From Ptychomitrium polyphyllum (taxonomy: Eukaryota), in assembly GCA_973851085.1 (NCBI GenBank), contig OZ316775.1, positions 20,274,001 through 20,338,000 on the forward strand: 64,000 bases of DNA, read 5' to 3'. The notes under the pieces were generated by a model. The model was given only the letters and a program-made list of their open reading frames with translations, did not search any database and was not told the DNA's origin. A program made the position numbers and the translations under genes. Positions 1 through 13,774 of this stretch are shown here, in pieces. How positions within the stretch are numbered: position 1 is the first letter of the stretch; the number at the start of each line of letters is the position of its first letter.

Positions 1-355
1 TCAGTTCTTACATTTCGGAGGCCTGGTTGAAGTCTACTTTGTTGCTGAACGTTCAAGTTGTAGATTTACAAGTTTTTAAAAGTATTTGGTAGAGTATTTG
101 AGGGAGTACTTATGAATTTATAATCTGCGGATCTGTAGATTATCTGGAAGCAGTTTTGGTCATCACGTTGTTTACTAAGATGAACTCTAAGTTTCTTTTG
201 TGTACTTTGTTGAAGGTCTAAGAATACATTAAAGTCTTATTATACAGATGGCTACTTCCCCCTCGCTATAAACTGTCAAGATTGTGTCCGTTTCTTTCGA
301 AGATGTTAGGAACTTCAGTTTTCGTTTCTCTGATACCAGTTCAACCTCTTTTCAG

Positions 356-2645
356 GTGTACGGGGCTGAAAAGCTGCACGAGGCCATTAAGAATAGGCCT
401 CAGGGACAATCACTTATTACGGTATGGCTTTAGGTGACTTAATGAACAGGCATTTGACGTTTTCAGAGGATATCTGTATTCTCTTGCTGCTGCTTTGTGA
501 TCTTAGACTTTTATGGTCATTGTGCGCCGATGCTCTAAGGCATGTCTACCATGGTTCTTGTTTGTTAAAGCATCGTTAGATTTTATGAGTTCCGTCTTGT
601 GTGATAATCTTGGTCCTCGTCAGGTTTGCAATCATGTGGCCGCTATGGACGACCCTCTTGTGATGGCTGCACTACTTCCACCCAGCTTGTTTCTCCAGCC
701 AAGGAGTCTGAGATGGACACTTTGTGCTACTGACCGCTGCTTCACCAATGCAGCGTTTTCAGCCTTTTTTCGCAGTGTCAAAGTGTTACCCTTGAAGCGC
801 GGAGCTGGTCTGCAGCAGGAGGTATCATCCCATTCCTTTCGCTTGGATTGCTTCTTTGTGGTCATTGGAAGTGATCTATTGGTGTCAAGGCTTCGAGATA
901 ATGCTTTTGTTCCTGTCCTCACAAAACACTCAATACTCTTACACAAATGTCTGACATTTACTACAGCAATTATAAAGGATGCAGTGTTACATGAATGTCT
1001 TTCAGGGTTCTGTGCTTTCTATTAAATTACTCCTTTTCATCCTGAATATCTTTAATATAGAAGCTAACAGTGTCTGCTGCATGCAGGGTATAGATATTGC
1101 GCTATCTAAGCTCAGGCGTGGTGATTGGGTTCATATCTTTCCAGAAGGTAGCCGTTCTCGGGATGGTGGTAAAACCATTGGGACGGTGAGGCGCGGTATT
1201 GGCAGGTAATTTCCTATTGTTGTTTGTTGTGGTTATGTTGATTGCCGTAGGGAAGAACTTGAAGCATTATATGCTTGAGACATCAAACTTGTTTGTCATT
1301 TCCGTCAGGTATCACATCCTCATATAGAGAGAATCTTGGATTTTACTTCCTATTGCAGTAGTGTTTAAGAAATTTCCTGATTCAATCTAGTACAAGAGGG
1401 TTGGCTGATTTCTTTTAATTGTGTATTGCAGGCTCGTCACAGATGTTGAGAAGACTCCATTAGTGGTACCTTTTGTGCATACAGGAATGCAAGATCTGAT
1501 GCCTGTTGGCAGCAAGTTCCCTAAAATTTCCAAGAAGGTTGGTTTTTGTAGCCAGATTACCTCCTACTTCATCTGCTTTACTTGTATCTTTACTTTTTGC
1601 GGCTGCATTATTCTTTACTCAAGAGTATGGATTACTTCAGTTTCGCAATTCTCAAGGCTCTTGCTGTCGTTGCAGTAGTATTATAATCATGTCGCTGTTT
1701 CTTGATTGTCTCCAAATTTAGAGTTTAGGGTTTAGGGTTTAGGTGTTCGAGATTTTCAAGTGTTAATTCAACCATAGTTTTCTTTCGGTGATCTTAGCAT
1801 ATACTAAGTTGGATTTATTCTACAAGTGCATGCTTGTTACTAATAATATAGCTTTTGCACAGGTAACTGTTTTGATTGGGGATCCTATTGAGCTTGATGA
1901 TCTTGTCAAAGGGAATACTGTTGAGTTTGCCTCGAAGGCAGAAGTATATGATGCAATAGCAGTACGAGTTGGACAAAGCATGCAATTTATGAAAGAGGAG
2001 TTGGACCGACTAATTGCAGCTCGAGAGATTCAATTGGCTGCCGAGGAAGCACAAAGGCTTCATTCAATTGAGAAGGCTCAAAATCTTCTTCAATATATTG
2101 ACTGGGAAGCCCAAGGTCACTTGCCTGAAAGTGATTCTATTGTGAAGGAGCACTATTTAGAATTTAGCTTGATGAGAAACAGTGATGCATATGCTCAAAT
2201 CTCTGGAGCTCAAGAACAACTATCCAGAGGTGAACTACTGACATAGTCATGTTTTATTACACATGAGTTTTGCTCATGTTATATAGTCCTGATGGCTTGT
2301 TATTTGCCTGGTCAAGCTGTGTAATGTTTGTCTGCAGTTTATTGTGTTTATATTTATCTGTTTCTTTCGTTGATTTGTGTGTCAGAGGAGCAAACAAAGA
2401 CGAGACAAGAAATTTCTGAGGCTGAGATGGAGGAATTTTTTGAATTAGAGGATGATTGGGATCCTTTATCGAAGCCTTCTATTTTATCGCGAGTTCGAGG
2501 ATTTGTTGATACTCCCACGTTTTTGGGTCTAGGCTTTGCCGCTCGTGGTCTTCTGAGCACCAGGAAAGAGCACGAAGGATCAGAGTTGAATGGTTGGCGG
2601 TATTGGGGACGGTTTTCTTCAAAATCCTCGAACCAAGTGAACTGA
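356..2645 (+). CDS. Tafazzin-like / N-acylphosphatidylethanolamine synthase-like acyltransferase (5' exons lie upstream of the window). Exons ~356-421, 624-821, 1087-1205, 1432-1537, 1863-2229, 2386-2645
   Basis: GT-AG-bounded exons join in frame. PlsC/tafazzin motifs are present: VCNHVAAMDDP (NHx4D), RWTLCATDRCF, GDWVHIFPEGSRS, PLVVPFVHTGMQ. Confidence 0.92.
1717..1743 (+). repeat. Short interstitial telomere-like (TTTAGGG)n tract / telo-box in an intron
   Basis: tttagag tttaggg tttaggg tttagg. Confidence 0.6.
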
Positions 2646-3999
2646 AGTGTATTGTGTGGCTACTACACGATGCTTCCTTGTTTATTTGCAGCAAGCGACG
2701 ATCTGGGATATGACTTGTGTTGTTTGGTTTACTGCACAATACAGGATTTTTGTAGGTGTCTCTTTAAGATGAGTATCGAGTATTGTGCAACCTTATATGC
2801 ATGATGATAAGCTTTCTTACATAGAACGAGCTGAACGATGCTGTTTACTAAAGAGTGGTTTTTCATCGCTATACTATGCAACCTCTGGCAGGGCTAGTTT
2901 ATTCTGTAAAGAAGTCCTGGCGTACCTGAAGGGTTTCAGTGGTCATTTCACCAACTTCATCCTTGGTATTTCTTGAACTTCAACGCGGATTGCTTTCAGC
3001 CGTTTTCATTGAAATAACTTGGTATACGTTCGTCAAGGTGCAGGGGCTCATGATCCAAGAACGAGCCTCGTTGAAGACTATTTTTGACAATGAATTAACA
3101 AGGTTCTTGACTAAGACGCTATTTTGGGACTTAAAGTGAGTAATATCATAGGGGTGCATATAACCCAGGGTCATTATACTGCACTCTTTCTCAAAGGTCG
3201 GCATAGAGGATCTATGCCGACTAAAATTTCTGTATGGCAACAATTGATTCCAGTGCTCCTTTGTACAGTACATATAGCTCAGCAGGAGGTGACTAGCCAA
3301 CTGGGTGGGGGAGACTTTAAATTCTGTTCTTCATGGACTTCAGCACCTTTTTCACATGTATGGACAGTCGGATGAAAAAAAATTGGTAGTGCTTTCACGC
3401 TACACTTGGCAGTTTATGCGATTTGAGTTTTTAACTTCTGTATTTTGCAGTTTTCTGCTTTCACTTGGTTTGGTTTGAATGGTTCTAAACAGTGGCACAA
3501 ATTGGACGAGCAAATGATGCGGAAGGAATAATTAGCACTTGCTGAATGTTGTTGTATGCATGCAGATGTGAGTTGATAAATTTCTATTTGCTACTTATTC
3601 CCTGTGGAAGATGCTGGATGACGCCCTATCCTCTATGACAAAATCTATCCAGGGTAGGTGAAATCCTAGCTTCCTATTATAATAAATTTAGAGATACGGT
3701 GGCTATGATGCTCATGTGTTGATGCTCGTGCCAGCAGTAACGCCACAAATATTCTAGCTCCTGCCAAGGACGTCCTCACTAAATACCTACTTGAGCAAGA
3801 TGAAGCAAGTTTACTTTAAGCAGCTTTAACTTGATATGTCCATAGAGGCTTTCAGTATAATAAAACCTTGTGCAGAATGTAAGTCTTTAGATGCTATGTA
3901 GGTAATCAACTCTAGAGCTACCCAACATGTCAGAGGCAACTCAGATATCATCACAAATCTCAAGTTTCTTTGCCCGCCTATGCAAAAACCTGGAAGGAA

Positions 4000-5200
4000 G
4001 CACATGCAGTAGAGGATAAAGGCTGTGTTCTGGAGCATTTTCCAAATGGAAAAATATAACGCATTCACAATGTTATGTATGTATGGAGTATCAAAGGCAA
4101 CCTTCTATGTATATTGCATATTAAACCAAGGATATTCAATGGGATTTGTTAGAAACTCTTGTGTAATTTGTGATACAATTACAAAAAAAATTCTAGGAAA
4201 GACTAAGAGACTTGGAAGAAAAGGACTTCCTTGTCTTAATGTGAAAAGTTTCATAGGAGCCAAGATTGTTCTAAACACTAAAAAATTATTTGAGGTAGCT
4301 TTATTATGGCACAAGCAATTTAGCCATTTGAACTTTAAAGCCTTCTATAAAAAATTTCAATAGCAATAGTTATAGGTTATTAAAATTATCTAAGAAAATT
4401 ACATGTGTAAAATATGCCAAATTAGAAAACAACCAAGGACAAAACGTTTGAAGAACTTAACAACTACTATTGCTCTCTTTGAAATTGTATATTTGAATGT
4501 TTATGGTTCATTATGTACCAAAGTATACAATAGTGTAAGATATTTTGTAATTTTCAATTATAAGTTTGGTAAGAGAATGTCTATCTCACTACCAAAATCC
4601 AAGCACTATATTCTAGTAAAGTTTAAGAAATCCAAAACCTACAACTTCAAAATTTTGCAATTTTATTATGTGGAGGAATATGTTTTACACAATTATTAAA
4701 AACATTGTGCATTTGAAGGCATTAGTCACCAATTTATTCAAGCATTTCTTTTGCCAAAACAATGGCTTAGTAGAATGAAAGAATTGCTTGATATGTGAGA
4801 CAACTTGCTGTTGGTTGTATTAAAAGAAATTATAATTGAACATGTAGCCAAAAGTTAGAAATTTGGATTGTTTTTCTACAAATTAAAAATCCGAAATTTG
4901 TGAACTTTCAAAACCCTTAAATACGCCTAAATAAGTAAGAAACATGATATTTGTTACTTTAGAGATTTTAGCTTTCAAATTTCAATGTAACTTTTCAAGT
5001 ACAAATGGGAAAAATTTAATTTTTTGATTACCAATCACATCTTATTGAGGTAGAATAAGCATACTAAGAGCAATACATGCTGCTGCACCAATACAAAATC
5101 AAGTTATTATTTCACATAAAATTATTATAAATGATTAGAATGTTCTAATTATTGGTCTTACCAATCACAAAACAAAAGTTACATTTCCACAACAATGGAA
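4000..5200 (+). mobile_element. Degenerate Ty1/Copia pol fragment (GAG-pre-integrase and integrase)
   Basis: LWHKQFSHLN...CKICQIRKQPR...LNVYGSL matches the Copia WHxRLGH..C..C..GKQ..HxDVxGP pattern. AT-rich with many stops. Confidence 0.75.
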
Positions 5201-5852
5201 CTTCAAACACATAGTTGCTGAGGATCATGATTAAGATTTAAAACATCAAAGGTGTCAAGATTACAATGAATGTACAAACCAGCACGAGATTCATATTTGA
5301 CAACTCAACATGAAAATAAAATAAATAAAAATTGAAGTTTGAACTAATTAAACTAATTAGGTTTTAGCACGTCGACCGCTTCCACCGGTTTTCGGGCGGG
5401 CTAGGTCGGTTTTCTCGCAGGCTGGGCTGGGCCGGGCCGTATCTGAATCCGACACCTTCCATAGATTCTGAGTTGCAAAGAGTAAGACACAGGTAGATGA
5501 TAGTGGCTTCGGGCAGAGCGACGGTTTTGTGTATGCACCCCTTTATGGGGAACGCGGGGAACTTTGTCTTCGTCTAGAAGAGTCTAGACTCAACGAACTT
5601 CAGAAAGTGAACTCGACTTGCCATCGCCATCTCAGACGAGGATCCCAAACCCTTGCTATCCTCCTTTCGCACTCATCTCCCTCGCAGCTCTCCATCTCGC
5701 TTCACTACGCCATCCTGTTCTTAACGGCCGTATTCCGCTCTCTCCATCGAGCCGTCACTCGGTGCATTTGGCGCACTTTCTTGCCTTTTCTTGATGTCCT
5801 GTGGAGGTTCCAACAGGGGTGTACTGCGTGTGTTGCTTTGATCCAGTCAGCC

Positions 5853-8800
5853 ATGTCGTCACCGGGAGAGTGAGTGATCACGTTGTTTTTATTGCTTTTT
5901 AATCTTGATATCGTTCGTTGAGTGAGGCGATTGTTTGATGGATCAGGAGGAATTAGGGTTTGAGTTAGAATGGCGCTTGCTGTGGTTGTGAGAGTTGTAG
6001 GGATTGGGAAGAGGAGGGAAGGGAGATTAATGAGAAGTTCGCGTTTCGGGAATTGGATTTTATGGTTTGTTCATTGAATTGGAAGTGGAGGAGCGAAGTG
6101 ATGGAGCTAAGATTGTTACTCTTTTTTCCTTTAGTTGTGGTGAAGTTGTGACGAGTTCTATCCTGGTGTCGATCCTGGTGGCTGTAGGCTTATGTTTTGC
6201 GTTTCGTTGTGTTTGAAGAGCTCAGGAAGTTTTAGTTTTTCTTCTTTTCGGAATTTGATCTTATTGGGAGCTTAGCTGGAGAAGTGGTAGCCGGAGGCTC
6301 AGTTGCGGAGTTGCTGACAGTTCTCAGTGTGTTTAGTTAGTGTAGATTGGTAAATTAATGAGAGATGCGTTTTAGCGGTGTTCATTCGTAATTATCTCTG
6401 GCTTTGACGGGTCCGTTGATATAGAATTACTGTTGTGATGAAGTGTGAATCACTAGCTAGGCTGCTTTTGTCTTCATACTTTTCGCTTGCTAGGTGAATG
6501 TGAAATTGTAGTAGATACGTGCCTAATTGAATTGCGGTGCAATTTTTAGATGGTGGATTGTTATGAACTGAAGTAAAATATGCCTAATCTGCGTGAGCGA
6601 GCTGAGTAATTTTTGATACAATGATCCTTCATGTAACGATCTGTGAAGCAATTTGCACTACATTTGTGCTTTCTCCAGCTCGGAACACGTTTGAAGGGAA
6701 ATCCAATAGGTGCCCGATTGGGTTGTTTGTATTTTTCAGATACTTGTCGATTATCCATGCTCATGGTGGAAGTCTACTAGCGAATTTAGTTCTTCACTTC
6801 TTTCCTTTAAGTGTATGATTTTCTCACGGACTGGCCTCCCTGCTCCTGCAGTTTCTACCTTTCTCTCCCTCCAGTGTGCAAGGCGTATGGAACTCTCTGC
6901 TTTCTGACGACGGTTGCCTACCAATTGCATCTCCTCAATCCTGAGTGGATCTACTTGGATTTTGCCTTGGTGACCAAGAAATATCAGGTTCGTCAGAAAT
7001 TACGATTCTTTTGGAGTGTCAGAGCCTGAGTGTTAAAGTTTGATCTCGTTTGTTCATAGTCGTTTCTCGAGGCGGATGCCTTTGGAGGCAAGAAAGTTAC
7101 TCTAGAAGAAACTGCAATGCATATGGATGCTCAGGGTTCTGCGGATTTCGTTATTTCAGTAGGTTTTTGCGAATACAGTGGTGATCTTTATAGTTGATGT
7201 GTTTGTTGCTTGCAGATATGGCGACTGTTTACCAACTTCTTTTTCCTTGGCGGGTTCTCCATACAGTTTGCGGTCCGACTGTTGATGATGTGAGTACTAA
7301 ATTATGCATATCTGCAGTGGTAGGTTTTTTTCTTGAGTGACGTAGCAATGAGAAAACGATATCATTTTTATATTCATGTCTGAAGGTGCAGAACTGATTT
7401 GTCTGTGATGATTTTTGCAGAGCAAGATATGGAGTTCAACTAGAACAGGGTCCATATGCTAAGCGCACAGCTGATTTCCTTTGGATGATGATAATGTCCA
7501 TGATATCATGTCTGGTATGCTATTTTCTATTCAATGTTAATGTTATTCCTTTTTTTATTGCACGTTTACCACATGAAGTAGTGTCACGAGGATGTCAGCG
7601 GTTGTTCGATTGATTTCGTTCTACAGTACCATATGTGCAGCTTACTTATGAAGCAGAATGCCATATTAATTGAACTCATAGAATTATCCTCTCTTTATGA
7701 TGTTTGTTTTGATTTTGTTTTAAATAGATACAAATTACTACATAAGTTTTGTGTCGAGCACACGGGTCCAGTTTCTTAGTAATTTCTTTACAGTGCTAAT
7801 GTGAATTTTAAACAATAGAATTGTCATTTCTATTTATGTTTGTTATAGTTAAAATTCATGAACACATCTGTTCATGAGAATTGGAAGAGATCGTTATGAT
7901 GTGAATGTTCCAACTACTAATACTTCCATGTGATTTTCTCATTTCCCGTTTGTTCACTTACTTTTCTACTCCCGTTTCAGATTTTTTCACTTACTATTCC
8001 GTTTTTCAATTCGATCTTCATGGGAGGCTCACTCGTTTTCATGCTCCTTTATGTATGGAGTCGTGAATTTCCAAGCTCCAAGGTTTCGCTTATGGGATTA
8101 GTAAATTTACAGGTGAGTTTCACTCCGTACTGAAATATGTGTTCTCTAAGAGGATCGCCTACCTATACGAGAGAGCTTGATTAGATTAAAACTTATAAAT
8201 TTGGTCCTTGGGTATTTTATTTGAGTCCGTAATTTAATGATGGTATTATAATTACCTATCCATTTTTTATAAATCTGCAGGGGTTCTGGCTGCCATGGGC
8301 TCTTTTACTGCTCAACACCATGTTCGGGGCACCTCTTATGTCAGACTTGCTTGGAATAATCGTAGGACATGTCTACTATTTCCTTGCTGTTTTGCATCCT
8401 CGAGCCAGTGGACAGAATTATTTGAAGACTCCTGCTTGGGTGTATCCTTTGAACTTTTATAGGTTGCTTGGAAATATTGTGTTGAGAAGTTCAGTGTTGT
8501 GAAACCGGTCATTTGGACAGTTGAGATCTTTGTGGTATTGCTTTACTTGCACTCATGTACATTCACATATTGAAGATGGTTAGGGCTTAGATGGTTGGTC
8601 TAGGCATCGAGTAATGACAACTTTTGAAATGAGCAATTTTGTGTAGGGCAGAGGTATCTAGCTTCAGCACGAACACAAGATTAACACAACTCATCTATAT
8701 ATCGTATTAATTTATGTGCATTGCAGAGTGTTTCTAGATGAGTCATTGCAAGCAAATTTCAATTTAAATCGTTGGGAATCGGTGCCCCTACCTTAGCATT

Positions 8801-8996
8801 GTTGTTTGGATGTCAGTTGTTGAACACGGTGGATAATTTTTCTTGACATGAATACTTTTCCAGGCATAAGCTAGTTGCCAAGTGGAGTGCAGCTGGACCC
8901 GAGGCATTTTCACCTCCTCCACCCTCACCAGCTACTGCTGCTATTCAAGGAGTTAGGTCAGCATTTACTGGGAGGAGCTATCGCTTGAATCAATGA
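5853..8996 (+). CDS. DER1: Derlin-1 (ERAD membrane protein). Exons 5853-5869, 6852-6987, 7216-7289, 7421-7514, 7981-8112, 8281-8441, 8864-8996
   Basis: The spliced product MSSPGDFYLSLPPVCKAYGTLC...QIWRLFTNFFFLGGFS...ARYGVQLEQGP..RTADFLWMM...YVWSREFP...LPWAL...AFTGRSYRLNQ closely resembles plant Derlin-1, including the C-terminal SHP-like box. Confidence 0.95.
8442..8863 (+). other. U12-type (minor spliceosome) GT-AG intron in Derlin-1
   Basis: 5' splice site GTATCCTTT. Branch point TTCTTGAC at ~8840-8847, close to the CAG acceptor at 8861-8863. Confidence 0.85.
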
Positions 8997-11900
8997 GGAT
9001 TTGATGCCTAGACTTGATGTGGATACTTGAGGTCCTTGTACAGTAACTTGGTTTAGAGCAGATATAAAACCTAAAAAATTAGCATTCTTTGGGCAGAATC
9101 ATGGTGGCGACGTGGAACACTGAGTTGTCTTTCTTGAAGTAGTGAGCACAACCTTGAAATGTTTACATGAGAGGGATGTAGGTTTCACCTCACGTGAAAG
9201 AAGGCAGTAAGTGCTCGCTTATTTTTGCAACGGTTTGGCTTTTACTTTTGTAAGCAGCCATAAATTGTTGAGCGGTTTGGCTATGGTTGGGGGATGATGT
9301 GCATCAAACTAATCTTATCTATTGGTGTGAAGATACTTTTATGGTAAACGGACTAAATGTAGCATAGGTTACAAAATAGTAAAGGTTATGTTCAGAAGAT
9401 CTATAGAAATGGAACGAACAGCAGGTATACTAGAGACCCAACCACAATTGATCAAACTAAAAGTTCTTGAAATTTGATTATATAAATCCCTTTCAAGCTC
9501 GAAGGTTATAGAAACATAAAATGGGGTGGAGTGCACACTTTGAATTTTAGCAAGGGAGAATATATTGTGATGCTAGTAAAATCAAATTCCTTAAATAAAT
9601 ACTGTGTAGGTTATAAAATTTCAAGTGGAATGTTTTAGATTTTCTTTGACTTTTGGTCATATGTGGTTTCAAAATGAAGAATTTAAATATGGCTATTGAT
9701 AAATTGAATGTTACTTGACTATTTGATAAAAGAGAAACTTTATTGTTATAGAATTAATGAATTTAAAATGACCAATGGTTCATGGAAAAATATATTAGAA
9801 GTCATTGATTTTGATTTGGTTTAATTTAATTTTAATTCTATGGTATGCATTTAAAACCCCTTTACAAAGGCAAATGAGATATTTAAAAAATAGAAAGGTT
9901 TTATTTTATGTGGCACCAAAAGTGATATGATATGGAGTCTATTATAATTATAGTCTAGTCTATTTGAAAAAAATAGGCTTGACAAGTGTCTAAGGAATCA
10001 ATAAGTAAAAATAGGAAAAATAATAAAAAATTAAAAAAATCAAAACTTAAAGAGTTTTGTTCTTAATGGATGAAATTAAGTTGTATAGAAATTAGTTTCA
10101 TATTAAATTATTTAATGATTAATTAATAGAATCCATGCTTTAAATATACTAAATTATTTGATGTATAATTAATAGAATCTATGCTTCAAATATACTACTT
10201 TTGCACTGTTTTAATATTTTTGGTGAATGCTAATTCTTTAAATTGTAGCACTCTACCACTTCTTATATAGATGGTAATGGAAGTTCTTCTTTTACTACTT
10301 GACAATACTAAAACATGATGGTTTAAGGACCACATTTTTCAAACAACATTTATAATTAAATTTCTTCATAATATTTTTTATAGATAATTCGTTGTAAATA
10401 CTAGATTCTAATGAAAAAGAGTTCTTTCAATTGTAAAAAAAATAAGTACATTTGCACTCTTAGCTTTTGCAATAATTTTTTTTTGAATTTCATTTTTATT
10501 GTACAACCAATGCTTGTATTACTTGCGTGATATTAGTAATATTTAATAATACCATAATGATATTTAAGAATATGAAGTCTACATACATCAAAATTTCATA
10601 TGAATTTTGCCATTGATTTAATTTTTTTTGAAAACATATCAATGAAATCAGCCACCATATTTTAAATATAGAAAAATAGTTGCAAATAGCATTAAAAAAT
10701 CAATAGCTTATTCTACTTGTATCAAAGATTCAAAAATATTAAATCTTTCAACTCTAAATATTGGTATTTATATTATGAACTCTAACATTCTAATATTATG
10801 TTGAAACTTTCTTTTCATTTAAAAATCCTTAGGAGGAGTTTTTCTAAATAGTTTTTAAATACATTGGACAGATATACAAGAAAATTACATGTGATCATTT
10901 ATACAAAGCACTTGCATGTATGTTAGTAAAAGAGTGAACATGACTCTATTAAAAAGTTGAAAGCATTATCAATACCAGTTATTCCCATGCAACATGCAAC
11001 AATAGATATCTACCCTCACAAGTAACATAATAATCTAATGGACACAACTTTCATAGGTTATTGGAGTTTTCTTCTCGTCATTTAACACAAGACTGCTCCA
11101 AAGGCGTTTCACTGTAGTTTTGGATATGATTTCTCATATATCACACTAGGTACGATTCTGTTCTACATGTATTTTTATGGTGATAACCTTGCGTACAGTA
11201 CTGCAGTTGCATCAAACTCAAAGTACACGTACGAAAACGTGATAACGCACCCCCCCTGGATGATGAAAACATGATAGTTCGTTGCCGCAGTATTCAACTC
11301 ATATGTATGACTTGCAAATACTTATCTGAAGTTGGACTTTGATGGCAAACTGTACGTGCACAAGTTACCCTGACAGCATCTTCCAATCCAGAACGATGCA
11401 AAAGTAGGCCACTTACATGCAGGGTGAAGGTTGAAGTGTCCGACCGCACCCTACGAAATCAGAATACCGACAAATACTTCGAACGTAGCCCACTGTGCTG
11501 TGAATTTATCATATACAGTATCTTCATGCAATTACTGTACAGAACACTAGCGAGATTGGAGATGCGAAGAGTGTTTGAAGTACAGTACATACACGTCGTG
11601 GAGCTCAAGTCTAGGTGGTTCTCAGGTTCATGCACGTTTCTAGAATTGATTACAGTACTGTAGTTACATTGCAGGTTCGTCACATATTAACTGTAACAAT
11701 AGATGACAAAATCATTGAAAATCATCAGTTTTTGGATTTAACCTTAAGGGGAAAATGGATTTTGGAGAGCTTTTATTTTTATGAATGTTATTTTAAAAAT
11801 GTATTAAGATATTTGTCAAGGAAGTAATGAACCTACTATGTTGTTACTTGATTATTTCACAAACACGAAATTTGTTATGAGTTACGGTGAAAAAATTAAT

Positions 11901-13774
11901 TGGGATGCATTTGATTTTTATTTACATGAGGTTTTAACAAGTTACTCAAAGTGAAACTTTTGCCTTGCATATAAATATAGCAGTCATACAACATGAACAC
12001 TACCAATACAAACACTCAAGGGTAAGATATTTCACTTTGAGTAAGCATGCTCGAATTTTACATAAGTAAAGAAGTAAAACCACATTAACTAGATTTAAAG
12101 AGTATTGACACAGCAAAGTAAACTTTCATTTGCTTCCGAAAGAAGCAAACATACAGGACAATCAGAAAAAATATTCCTCACCGTGCTGAGAGCGAAGTGG
12201 AGCTTCTAAGATAAAGAGCTTCTAAAGTCATAAAGGTGATAAGCAGTCACACGATAATGTAATCAAGACAACTGTTTCTAAACAATGACGAAAACTGACG
12301 TACTACAGTAAAGCTCGTATGTTGAAAAAAAAGGAGACATAAAATCGCCTGCCGGACTGGAACTAGTACTTATCCACCAATTCCAATGTGGAGGACCTCG
12401 AATTTGACAACGAATTCTTGTGATGCTACTTCCTAGTGCGTAATGTAAATTCAAAATTATGCAAGAAAGAGGAAACTTATCCGGTTGGAGTTACGCTTTG
12501 ACATGTTCCACACGATCTATCTGATGAATAAATGAGACTCATGTGCAAGGCGCTTGCCACAAGCAATAGGTTTAAAGTGTGCTTAGAAGAGTAAACATTT
12601 AGAATATACACAGCAGAGAAAAGTGCTAGAATAATCTCTCAAATTTCATAAATAGGTCAAACAATAGATGCCAAGTATACAGCTCTTTGAATCTATAATT
12701 TCATAACATAGTGACATCTAATGTCATAAAGCCGCAATGAAATTTTCGTAAATGCAATCCTTTAAATTGAACTGGTCGAGCAGTGGGCGAATTCAAACGT
12801 GAAAAGTGACACTATACCAGTGATCACAGCGCCAGGCAGCGAAACTTGTACTCGGGAATACCAACTTGTGCTCGAATTTAGTCCGCTTAAAAACGTTCAA
12901 CTAGGTGTTTATTACTTGAATGATACTTCCAGTCTATACTTCTGATTAGAACAGCTGGATAGCACATTATATAAACCCTTCTGGAGGGTCAAGCGTCGAG
13001 TAATCCTTTCATATTGCTTTCAGTAGAGCGATTTCACCAGAATGTACGCTGATATGTCACTGCAAGGACATCAATCCCACCTTCGTCCTTCGTAACGCCA
13101 GCATTATCGCATCCCTGCTAATGTAGAGCAATTTTCATAGGATTCACCAAGCTGTCAGGGTATAAGGCACAAGGAAACACCACTTCAGAACAAGGTAATT
13201 GCAACAGCTCATTACGAGGAGAATCGTTCGACTTTGCCAAAGCTCTGTAAAAAGTAATGCTCTACACCCTTCAGAAGCAAAATATAACAACAATCATAAA
13301 GCAGAAGACAGGAAATGAAGGATCTAAGTGATTCGTTGTAAGGTACAGGACATTGACTGTTCAACTAAATTCATTGAATTAAATTTCTCAAAGCCTAGGA
13401 ATGTGTTAAAACGAGAGTAAAGCACAGGTAACAAATATTCCAATCAGGACGTCAGAATCAAGATTATTTCCTGAAGAATACATACCAAGCTGGTTGATGA
13501 GTCTGGAAGGAGATCCTTTGATTCAGTTGCATCATATATCTAACCAAAGGATCTGGAAAAGCAGAAACCTCCAGGATTGGAACCAAGGACATGTCGGAAA
13601 GAAGTAAGTCATGCTCCACACCTTACGTTTCCAGGCTCCAGGAAGATAAATGAGAGTCGTACTGTTCACCAGTTCACTGGTCCTCAAACTTGATCAAGTG
13701 TTAGCATAGATCTCTCCGCTCACAGATAGTCGTGCAATTCGTCCAACTATGTGTAACAGTTTAACAAGGGATAA

